The notes under the pieces: generated by a model | The model's input: only the letters and a program-made list of their open reading frames with translations | Database searches by the model: none | What the model was told of the DNA's origin: nothing | In this document: positions 18,348-26,744 of the stretch, one piece after another | Position numbering within the stretch: the first letter of the stretch is position 1 | Layout: each line of letters begins with the position of its first letter | Assembly (NCBI GenBank): GCA_046484135.1 | Contig: JAWOBU010000073.1 | Span: 1-37,271 of the forward strand | Length of the DNA: 37,271 nt | From: a bacterium | Lineage (GTDB): Bacteria > RBG-13-61-14 > DATKZS01 | Direction: 5' to 3' | Translations under genes and position numbers: made by a program

Positions 18348-21300
18348 ATGGAACGGGTAATCCTGCTGGACATTAAAAAAGGCGGTCTTTCCCGGGCGGC
18401 CTCGAAGCTGTCCCGCTCCGGCATCGAGACGGAGAGGTATAAAGACGGGGTGCCCGACCTCGGTTCCATGCAATCATCCCGCTACCTGGGGGCCATCATC
18501 CACCATCGCCGGTTGGCTGAGCTGGACGAGCTCGGGCCGGTGCTGGGCAGCCGGGGCATTCCCATCATAGTGTGGTACCCGAAAACCGCGGAAGAAAAGG
18601 ACCTCACCACCTGGGCCCGCTACGGGGCCGCGGACTTCATGGTGGGTCCACTGGACGTTTCCAACCTTCTGCTCCGCCTGAAAGGCCTTTCCCGGTCGCT
18701 GCGGGCGCGGGACCCGTGGATGCGGGAGGCCATGCAGTCCATGTTCCGCATCAGCCGGGCGGTGACGGGCAGGGAAGACGATTTTACCATTGTGTCCATT
18801 ACCGCGGGCGAGTTCGAGCGGGTCTTTCCGGGTCTCGAGTGCTCGATCATGATGGTTTCCAGGGAGGGTAAGTCTGCGCGGGTGATAACCGAGGGCAGTT
18901 ACTCGGAGATGCTGGACATACCCATCGAGCTTGACCGCTACCCGGAAATCCGCAAGATGCTTGACACCCACAAACCGGTGGCCATAAAGGACGTACGCCG
19001 GCACCCGCTCATGAAAGAGGTCCGGGAGCTGCTGACCTCGAAGGACCTCCAGTCCATCCTGGCGGTCCCTATCTTTTACCGGGACGAGGTCATCGGCCTT
19101 ATCATGCTCCGGTCGGTGGGGGCGCCGCGGTCGTTCGACCGGCTGGAGATATCCTTTTGCGAGATGATCGCCCAGAGCACCGCGGTGGCCATCCGGAACA
19201 TCCGGCTGGGCCGGGAGGTGGCCGAGGAGGTCAAAAAGTCGCGGGAAGCACAGAAGGTGGCCCGCAAGAAATCAAACGACCTGGCCCGCATGGAAACCCT
19301 TTTCGATTACGCCTCCGACGGGATCGCGGTCATTGACTCGTCAGGAAAAATCCGCAGCGTCAACGTCAACTTCACCCACTTGTCCGGGCACACCAGACAG
19401 GACGCGGCCGGCAGGAACATCGAGGAGTTCGTGTTTCCGGCGCCCGGCGAGACCTTTTCCATAAAAAGGGCCTTGCAGAGCCCGAAGGAAGACCTGACGA
19501 GGTCCCACCAGCATTTGCACTGCAAAGACGGTTCGAAAAGGGTGGTGTCCCTCCGCATGGAGCAGCTTCCCAAGGGAAAAGAATGGCTCCTGTCCTTCCA
19601 CGACCTGACGGAAGAGCTGGAGCTCGAGGAGGCGCTCCGCCGGACCAAGGAGTTCTTGGAAAACATGATCGAGTCCTCCATGGACGCCATCATCGCCGCG
19701 GACATGAACGGGACCATCATGGTGTTCAACCGGGCGGCCGAACAGATATCGGGGTACCAGGCAGAGGACGTGATCGGCAAGATGAACATAGTGGACTTTT
19801 ACGCGCCCGGCATCGCCCGGGACATCATGCGCAAGCTCCGGAGCGATGAGTACGGCGGCAGGGGCAAGCTGGAGAGCACTTATAACACCCTGATCAGCGC
19901 CTCGGGAGAAGAGGTCCCCATCAACATGTCCGCTTCCATCGTGTACGAGGAAGGCAGGGAGATAGCCTCGGTGGGCATATTCCAGGACCTGCGGGAGAGG
20001 ATCGAGATTGAAAAGGAGCTCCGGCAGGCCCAGGAGCAGCTCATGTCCACCCAGCAGAAAGAAGCCATCACCGCCTTGTCCGGCGCGGCCTCCCACGAGC
20101 TCAACCAGCCGCTCACCTCCATCATGGGCTACGCCGAGCTTTTAAAAAGGGTGGAAAAAAACCTGGCCTCCGAGTTTCCCCAGCACCCCGCGGTCGCGTC
20201 CTTGAAAAACGCCACCGATATTATCGGCAGGGAATCGGAGAGGATGGCCTCGGTGGTCCGGAAGCTGGGCGAGGTTACCGAGTACGAGACCAAGGACTAC
20301 GTGGGCGGAGCCAAGATCATGGACCTGGACCGGTCCCGGGGCACGGGCGCGGACGAGAAGGTCCAGGCATTGAACAGCGTTTTCCGGAACATGTCGGAAG
20401 CGGTGATCATCTTCGGCGAGGACACGGTAATAAGGGAGGCCAATCCCGCCGCTGTGACCCTGACGGAAGAGAACCCCATAGGCAAGAGCTTCGGCAGGTA
20501 CCTGGAAGGGGTCGAGTACACCCGGACCATGGAGGAGTTCCAGAAAATCATCGGGGGCGAATCCATCGAGTTCGAGACCACGGTAACCGTCCCTTCCGGC
20601 GGCCGGAAGCATCTTTCCATCCGGGGCTTGCCCATCCCGGACACGGACAAGTTCGTGGCGGTTTACTCGGACATCACCTGGCAGAAGAAGGCGGAGCAGA
20701 GCCTTCGCGATTTGTCGGCGTTCCAGGAACAGCTCATGCAAAGCGCGACCCTGCCTATGGTGGGCTTTGACGTGGACGGCAGGATCAGCTTCTGGAACCG
20801 TGCCGCGGAGAAGTTCCTGGGCTACTCCTTCGAGGAAATGCGGGGCCGCCCCCCCGAGTTGGTGATCCACAAGTTCGACCCGGAGGCGCTCCAGGAGGTC
20901 TTCCGGCGTCTTCGCAAGGAAGGCGAGCTTGCCGAGACACTCTCTCTTGTCACCAGATCGGGAGAGAAGATAAAAGTCTACCACGTGGACTCGGTGATGC
21001 GGGACGAGGCGGGCCAGGCCACCGGCTTCCTGTCCATGCTCTTCGATCTTTCCGCGCAGGAGAGGTTCGACCGGGAGATCAAGGAAAAGACCGAGCACCT
21101 GGCGGTCATGACCGAGATAGCAGAGGCCATCCGTACCGGGGTCGGCCTGGAAGAGACCCTGGGAGGGGTGTTTTCGCGGCTGGACAGCATTGTTCCCCTG
21201 GACCTGTGCGCGGTCAGCATGGCGGAGGAGTCGGACAACGAGGTCCTGGTCATCCGCTATGAGAAGGCTGAAAACCGGACCAGCAAGGACAGCCTACGGC

Positions 21301-23243
21301 TTTACGAGGACGCGGAAGAAATAAGGCAACAGCTTTTTTCGAGCCGGCCCTCCATAATAGACAACACCTCCAACCTCTCGGAGAGCTTCATCTCCGGGGA
21401 CATCAACCGCTCCCTGCTGGAGATGAAAGAGGAAGGCTACAAGTCCCTTATCAACTATCCCCTGGTTTTCCGCGACCAGGTCCTGGGGACCCTGCACGTT
21501 CTGTCATACGAGGAAAACAAGTACAGCACCGATCACGTGAAACTGCTCGACAATGTCGCCGGGGTCATCACCATGGCGCTGGCCAACGCCTGGATGTTCC
21601 GGCAGATCGAGCAGCAGAACCTCGAGCTCTCCCACCGGACCTCCTGGATGGAAGGTCTCATCCGCGCCAGCCAGGTCATCAGCCTGGACTCCCGGCCGGA
21701 AGAGATACTCGAGAAGCTGATCAGGCCTTACACCGACGCCCATCCCCGCCAGCACCTGTCCGTGTGGCTTACCAGCCCGGAGCTGTCCTCCCTGAAGCTC
21801 TTCGCCCTCTACAACCTGCCCGGCGTCTCCACCGGCAGAACCATGGAGGCAAAAGGGGAAATAATAGAAAAGCTGCGGGACCAGAACCAGCCCGCCGAGA
21901 TCGAGTTTTCCCGCCATAAAGAGATCAGCTCGTTGCTGGAGGAGGCCCGGACCGGCTTTCTCGTGCCCATCGTGGCCCCGGACCGGTGGCTGGGGTTCAT
22001 TATGCTGGAAAGCCACCATCGCGAGCCTTTTACGGAAGACGAGAAGGTGGAGGTCCAGATACTGGCCGCCCAGATCGCAGGGGCTTTGCGGAACCTTTAC
22101 TTCTACCACGACCTGGACCTGGCGCTTCGTTTCCAGAAAGGGGTCATCGAAAACGCCAACGCCCTTATCTTCATCCTGGACCAGGACGGCAACGTGGTGC
22201 TCATCAACCGTGCCCTGCAGGAGCTCCTGGGAGAGTCCGCTTCCGGGTTCATAGGAGGGGGGAACTTCCGGGACCTTTTCCAGAACCACTTCCGGATCGA
22301 GGTCGAGGAGCACGGTGTTTTAACCAGTGAAGACGAAGAGTTTAAACAAATGCTCCAGGAGGTGAGGAAAGGCAAGGACCTGGAAAACGTGCGGATCACC
22401 ATTTACTCGGACCGGGGGGCGGAAAGCCGGGCGGTGTTTAACACCTCTTCCATCTTGGACCGGGAGGGGCGTTTTCAGGGCTTTATAGCCATCGGCCAGC
22501 ACTTGAGCCGGTACCAGGAGATGGACAAGCACCTGCTCCAGGCGGAGAAGATGGCCACCATCGGGCAGATGGCCGCGGGTATCGCCCATGATCTCAACAA
22601 CCCCATCACCGGCGTTATTAACGCGGCCACCATGCTCTCCCAGCGGGAGGAGATAACCGAGCGCTCCCGGAGGCTTATCGAAGAGCTGGTCGAGAGCGCC
22701 CGCCGGATCGAGGGACTGGCCCAGAACCTGATGAGCTATGCCCGGCCCTCCCGCGCCGAGATGCAGCCGGTGGACATAAGAGAGCTGATAGTGGACTCCT
22801 TGAGCTTCTCTCACTACGAGCTCTCCCGCGGAAGGGTCGCCGTGGAAACACAGATAGCCGAGGACCTGCCCATGGTGGCCGGTATCAGGAACCAGCTCCA
22901 GCAGGTGCTTATCAATCTTCTGACCAACGCCTCTCACGCCTGTGCCGAGAACGGTGGCGGCAAGGTAGTAATGAAGGCGGGAGACCACGGCGGCGGCTAC
23001 GTGTACATAAGCGTCTCCGATAATGGCCCCGGCATTCACCGGGAAGGGATGGACAGGCTGTTTGATCCTTTCTATACCACCAAGCCGGAGGGAAAAGGAA
23101 CGGGGCTCGGGCTTACCATTGTCCAGGAAATAGTCAAAAGACATAAAGGAAGGATCAAAGCGGAAAGCGGTCCGGGAGAGGGCGCCGAGTTCATCGTATA
23201 CCTGCCCGCCTGGCAGGGGAACGACCAGGTCCCGGCTTTATAG
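18348..23243 (+). CDS. Multi-sensor GAF/PAS histidine kinase with two HisKA domains
   Basis: Degenerate receiver-like N-terminus, about 3 GAF and 5 PAS domains, H-boxes SHELNQPL (H583) and AHDLNNPI (H1414), C-terminal HATPase (NLLTNA, DNGPG, FYTTK, GTGLGL); no TM segment seen. Confidence 0.92.
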   Translation: MERVILLDIKKGGLSRAASKLSRSGIETERYKDGVPDLGSMQSSRYLGAIIHHRRLAELDELGPVLGSRGIPIIVWYPKTAEEKDLTTWARYGAADFMVGPLDVSNLLLRLKGLSRSLRARDPWMREAMQSMFRISRAVTGREDDFTIVSITAGEFERVFPGLECSIMMVSREGKSARVITEGSYSEMLDIPIELDRYPEIRKMLDTHKPVAIKDVRRHPLMKEVRELLTSKDLQSILAVPIFYRDEVIGLIMLRSVGAPRSFDRLEISFCEMIAQSTAVAIRNIRLGREVAEEVKKSREAQKVARKKSNDLARMETLFDYASDGIAVIDSSGKIRSVNVNFTHLSGHTRQDAAGRNIEEFVFPAPGETFSIKRALQSPKEDLTRSHQHLHCKDGSKRVVSLRMEQLPKGKEWLLSFHDLTEELELEEALRRTKEFLENMIESSMDAIIAADMNGTIMVFNRAAEQISGYQAEDVIGKMNIVDFYAPGIARDIMRKLRSDEYGGRGKLESTYNTLISASGEEVPINMSASIVYEEGREIASVGIFQDLRERIEIEKELRQAQEQLMSTQQKEAITALSGAASHELNQPLTSIMGYAELLKRVEKNLASEFPQHPAVASLKNATDIIGRESERMASVVRKLGEVTEYETKDYVGGAKIMDLDRSRGTGADEKVQALNSVFRNMSEAVIIFGEDTVIREANPAAVTLTEENPIGKSFGRYLEGVEYTRTMEEFQKIIGGESIEFETTVTVPSGGRKHLSIRGLPIPDTDKFVAVYSDITWQKKAEQSLRDLSAFQEQLMQSATLPMVGFDVDGRISFWNRAAEKFLGYSFEEMRGRPPELVIHKFDPEALQEVFRRLRKEGELAETLSLVTRSGEKIKVYHVDSVMRDEAGQATGFLSMLFDLSAQERFDREIKEKTEHLAVMTEIAEAIRTGVGLEETLGGVFSRLDSIVPLDLCAVSMAEESDNEVLVIRYEKAENRTSKDSLRLYEDAEEIRQQLFSSRPSIIDNTSNLSESFISGDINRSLLEMKEEGYKSLINYPLVFRDQVLGTLHVLSYEENKYSTDHVKLLDNVAGVITMALANAWMFRQIEQQNLELSHRTSWMEGLIRASQVISLDSRPEEILEKLIRPYTDAHPRQHLSVWLTSPELSSLKLFALYNLPGVSTGRTMEAKGEIIEKLRDQNQPAEIEFSRHKEISSLLEEARTGFLVPIVAPDRWLGFIMLESHHREPFTEDEKVEVQILAAQIAGALRNLYFYHDLDLALRFQKGVIENANALIFILDQDGNVVLINRALQELLGESASGFIGGGNFRDLFQNHFRIEVEEHGVLTSEDEEFKQMLQEVRKGKDLENVRITIYSDRGAESRAVFNTSSILDREGRFQGFIAIGQHLSRYQEMDKHLLQAEKMATIGQMAAGIAHDLNNPITGVINAATMLSQREEITERSRRLIEELVESARRIEGLAQNLMSYARPSRAEMQPVDIRELIVDSLSFSHYELSRGRVAVETQIAEDLPMVAGIRNQLQQVLINLLTNASHACAENGGGKVVMKAGDHGGGYVYISVSDNGPGIHREGMDRLFDPFYTTKPEGKGTGLGLTIVQEIVKRHKGRIKAESGPGEGAEFIVYLPAWQGNDQVPAL

Positions 23244-23297
23244 AACGTTTGCGCAAAGGCCGGCGGCGCGCCGGTTTATATTGAAGGAGGTTTCAAA

Positions 23298-25001
23298 ATG
23301 GCTCGTTTTCACGGCGGCGCGATGATCGTCCGGGCGCTCAACGACGAAGGGGTGGAGCACGTCTTCACCATTGGGGGCGGCCACATCGCCCATGTTTCCG
23401 ATTCTCTCATGGACTCGGACATAAACATTTACGACACGCGGCACGAGCAGGCCGCGGTCATGATGGCCGACGCCTGGGCCAGATGCTCGGGCCGGCCCGG
23501 CGTGGCCCTGGTTACCGCGGGTCCCGGCTTCACCAACAGCCTGACCGGGGTGGCAAACGCCCAGCTCGCGGGCGTGCCTCTCGTCATCATCGCCGGGGTG
23601 GTGCCGACCAACATGGTGGGAAGGCTCGACCTGCAGGAGATGGAGCAACACGACGTTATAAAGCCACTGGTCAAGTGGTCCCGCCGGGTGGAGAACCCGG
23701 AGAGACTCCCGGCAGTAATCCACGAGGCCATGAACAGGGCGTGCTCGGGCAAGCCCGGGCCGGTGTACGTGGAGGTCCCCACCGACGTCATGGGAGCGGA
23801 GATTGACGAGAAGTACATAGACTGGGGAAAAAGGATCGAACCCTCCCGCTCTTCTCCCGACCCCGCCGGGATCAAAGAGGCGGCCGAGCTTATAAAAGGC
23901 TCCCGCCGGCCCGTCATCATCGCCGGATCGGGTGTGGCCGCAAGCCGCGCTGAAAAAGAGCTGAAAGAGCTGGTCGAGACAACCGGCATTCCCTGCTTTA
24001 CCTCGTCCATGGGAAAGGGATGCCTGCCCGATACCCATCCGCTCTGCTACGGACCGTCCCTGGCCATCCGGCCGGGTGCGGCGCTCGCGGGTATGTCCCA
24101 GGCGGATTGCTTGGTCCTGTTAGGAACCAGGATCAGCCTGTTTTACGCCCACGGAAGGCTCTTTAACAAGGACGCCAAAATAATAAACGTGAACCTGGAC
24201 CCCGAGGAGTTCGACCGGAACCGGCCCGCGGACGTGGGAATCGCCGCGGACGCGGCCGCGGCCGCTCGGGAGCTTACACAAGCACTGTCATCGAAAGTCT
24301 CTAAGGAGCAGTTCGAAAACTGGAGACGGACACTGGAGGAGGCCGCCCGTCAGTCCCTGGCCGAGTACGAGAAGCAGAGCGGCTCCGAGGCGGTGCCCAT
24401 CCACCCGGCGCGGCTGGCCCGCGAGGTGGACGAGTTCCTGTCCCCTGCGGACGTGCTGGTCCTGGACGGGGGTGACACCTCGGTCTGGATGAACATGGCC
24501 CGGACCAATTACCGGCGGGCCGGGACCATCGAGTCCGGCCTGTTCGGCTGCCTGGGAGTGGGCCTGCCCTACGCGCTGGCGGCCAAGCTGGCACTCCCGG
24601 ACCAGAGGGTCTACGCCATCATGGGCGACGGGTCAGTGGGATTCAACTTCATGGAGTTCCATACCTCGATCAGGTTCGGACTGCCCATTGTGGTAATAAT
24701 AAATAACGACCAGGCCTGGGGTATGGTCAGGCACAGCCAGCAGCTCCGATTCGGAATGGACCGAACACCGGCCACCGACCTCGGGTACGTGCCCTATCAC
24801 AAGCTGGTCGAAGCGCTGGGAGGATACGGCGAAGAAGTAACCGAACCCGCGGACATAAAAAACGCGCTCGAGAGGGCCACCGCCTCCGGAAAAACAGCCT
24901 GCGTGAACGTCTTGACCGACCGCGAAGTAATAAGCCCCGGATCGGTGGCGCTCTCCGCCATCGGAAAGCCGGACCTGCCGCTCGACGAGTTCGGCGCCTG
25001 A
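23298..25001 (+). CDS. Thiamine diphosphate-dependent enzyme (acetolactate synthase-like / 2-hydroxyacyl-CoA lyase-like)
   Basis: RHEQAA, TAGPG, GLFGCLGVG and the GDGS...NN ThDP motif. Confidence 0.9.
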   Translation: MARFHGGAMIVRALNDEGVEHVFTIGGGHIAHVSDSLMDSDINIYDTRHEQAAVMMADAWARCSGRPGVALVTAGPGFTNSLTGVANAQLAGVPLVIIAGVVPTNMVGRLDLQEMEQHDVIKPLVKWSRRVENPERLPAVIHEAMNRACSGKPGPVYVEVPTDVMGAEIDEKYIDWGKRIEPSRSSPDPAGIKEAAELIKGSRRPVIIAGSGVAASRAEKELKELVETTGIPCFTSSMGKGCLPDTHPLCYGPSLAIRPGAALAGMSQADCLVLLGTRISLFYAHGRLFNKDAKIINVNLDPEEFDRNRPADVGIAADAAAAARELTQALSSKVSKEQFENWRRTLEEAARQSLAEYEKQSGSEAVPIHPARLAREVDEFLSPADVLVLDGGDTSVWMNMARTNYRRAGTIESGLFGCLGVGLPYALAAKLALPDQRVYAIMGDGSVGFNFMEFHTSIRFGLPIVVIINNDQAWGMVRHSQQLRFGMDRTPATDLGYVPYHKLVEALGGYGEEVTEPADIKNALERATASGKTACVNVLTDREVISPGSVALSAIGKPDLPLDEFGA

Positions 25002-25023
25002 GCTGCCGTGTGAAGGAACATGA

Positions 25024-26346
25024 ATGTGCGATACCATCGTGGCCTGTAAGAACGCCACCAGAAATGGAGTCACACTGTTCGGCAAGAACAGCGACCGGGA
25101 GCCGGACGAGGCCCAGAACCTTATTATCATCGAGCCGCCCGAAAAAGAACCGAAAGAAGTGCAATGCACATACGTCCGCGCGCCCCTCTACCGCAAAACC
25201 TGCCGCGCTTTTATCTGCCGGCCCTTCTGGATGTACGGCGCCGAGATGGGAGTGAACGAGCACGGGGTGGCCATCGGCAACGAGGCATTGTTTACGCGCG
25301 AGAAACCCGCGGCCACCGGGCTTACCGGCATGGACATCTTGAGGCTCGCGCTGGTGCAGAGCAGAAGTGCGGCAGAGGCCCGCGACACCATCATTCAGTA
25401 TTTGTCCGAGAAAGGCCAGGGAGGCAAGGCGGGCTACCGGCACAAGATACGCTACATGAACGGCTATATCATCGCCGACCCGGACGAGGCGTACGTGCTG
25501 GAGACGGTTAAGTCGTGGTGGGCCTGGAAAAGGATCAAGCGGGTCTGGAGCATATCCAACCTCATATCACTCACCCAGGACTTTGACGAGTGCGACCCCG
25601 GCCTCATCGAGAACGCCGTCCGGAAAGGGTACGTAAAAACCGAGTCAGCGTTCGACTTCCGGGAGTGCTACTCCGACCGGCTCTATACCAGGTTCGCGCA
25701 GGGCAGGCCGCGCGAAAAAAGAAGCCGCCAGCTATTGCAGGACAAAAAAGGAGACCTCACTACCGGCGACTTCTTTGATGTACTGCGCGACCACGGGCCT
25801 GACCCGCACTGGAGACCCAACCGGCAGAAAGGGGGAACGGTGTGCATGCATGCAACCAATCCCCTGACCCGGCCCAACCAGAGCGTGTGCTCAATGGTGG
25901 CCGGGCTCGGAAAACAAAGACGTCTCCTCTATACTACCGGGGCCTCAAACCCGTGTATGAGCCGGTTTTTTCCGGTAGACTTCCCCCGCCGCGGTCTGCC
26001 CGGCTCATACCAACCCGCGGGCGCGGCCTATGACCCCCAATCCTACTGGTGGGAAGCGGAAAGGGTCCACCGGCGGGCGCTCTTTTGCTTTAATAAAGCG
26101 CTCGATCTGGTAAAGCCGCTTATAAAGCAAAAAGAGGAAGAGATGGTACGGCGCTGGGAGTCGGAAAAGGACTTGCCGGAAGAGGATTTTGCGGATAAAA
26201 TGTTCGCTGATTCCCGGCGGGACCTTTATTCGCTGGAGGACAAGCTTGCAAATCTAAAACCGGAAAGGACCGGATTTTGTTACCGCCGTTACTGGAAAAG
26301 GTTAAACCGCAAAAACGGGATTACTGCGGAAGTCTCACATATATAA
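25024..26346 (+). CDS. Peptidase C69 / secernin-family Ntn hydrolase
   Basis: N-terminal nucleophile MCDT, FGKNSDREPDEAQ, GAEMGVNEHGVAIGNEA and GMDILRLAL. Confidence 0.9.
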   Translation: MCDTIVACKNATRNGVTLFGKNSDREPDEAQNLIIIEPPEKEPKEVQCTYVRAPLYRKTCRAFICRPFWMYGAEMGVNEHGVAIGNEALFTREKPAATGLTGMDILRLALVQSRSAAEARDTIIQYLSEKGQGGKAGYRHKIRYMNGYIIADPDEAYVLETVKSWWAWKRIKRVWSISNLISLTQDFDECDPGLIENAVRKGYVKTESAFDFRECYSDRLYTRFAQGRPREKRSRQLLQDKKGDLTTGDFFDVLRDHGPDPHWRPNRQKGGTVCMHATNPLTRPNQSVCSMVAGLGKQRRLLYTTGASNPCMSRFFPVDFPRRGLPGSYQPAGAAYDPQSYWWEAERVHRRALFCFNKALDLVKPLIKQKEEEMVRRWESEKDLPEEDFADKMFADSRRDLYSLEDKLANLKPERTGFCYRRYWKRLNRKNGITAEVSHI

Positions 26347-26477
26347 AGAAAAATCCGGGAAGGACGGCTTCCGGCTCTTGGAAGGGCAGAGCTCTTGGAA
26401 TGTTCGGGTTGCAATTTCAAAACATTTGCGGTTAAAATAAGAACCTGGGTAGCGCTTCTTGCAAAAAGGCTGTCCGG

Positions 26478-26596
26478 ATGGTGGGAGAGACCTCCAGGTC
26501 TCGAAGGTGTGAAACATTCGGGGCATTATGGTGGGAGAGACCTCCAGGTCTCGATACCAAATCTCGATGATCGCGAGCTAGGGCTCGCTCCCACCA
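26478..26596. repeat. REP/BIME-like cluster: two identical 27-bp direct copies plus one inverted variant
   Basis: ATGGTGGGAGAGACCTCCAGGTCTCGA at 26478-26504 and 26528-26554; inverted TGGTGGGAGCGAGCCCTAGCTCGCGA at 26571-26596. Confidence 0.8.
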
Positions 26597-26694
26597 CAAG
26601 GATTTGAAAATTCTCTTTCTTAGCATTGCCCGAGCACCATTATAATTTTTCAGTTCCTGGTTTTAGTAGATTTATCCCTTGCAAAGCCGAAAAC

Positions 26695-26713
26695 AGTAAT
26701 AATATTTATTATC
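26695..26713. promoter_or_regulatory. Fur-family-like box upstream of the Hmc-like operon
   Basis: AGTAATAATATTTATTATC matches 14/19 positions of GATAATGATAATCATTATC and lies just downstream of a TTGCAA -35-like hexamer. Confidence 0.4.
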
Positions 26714-26744
26714 AGAAAGTAAACGTACCCTGGGAGGAGTTATA

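Noticed and set aside
26478..26554. Mini CRISPR array (27-bp palindromic repeats with a 23-bp spacer)
   Set aside because: Only two direct copies, short spacer, an inverted variant follows, related copies are dispersed and no cas genes are present; fits REP/BIME better.
26395..26626. Small ORFs spanning the repeat cluster
   Set aside because: Translations simply reflect the REP repeats; no RBS or protein-like features.
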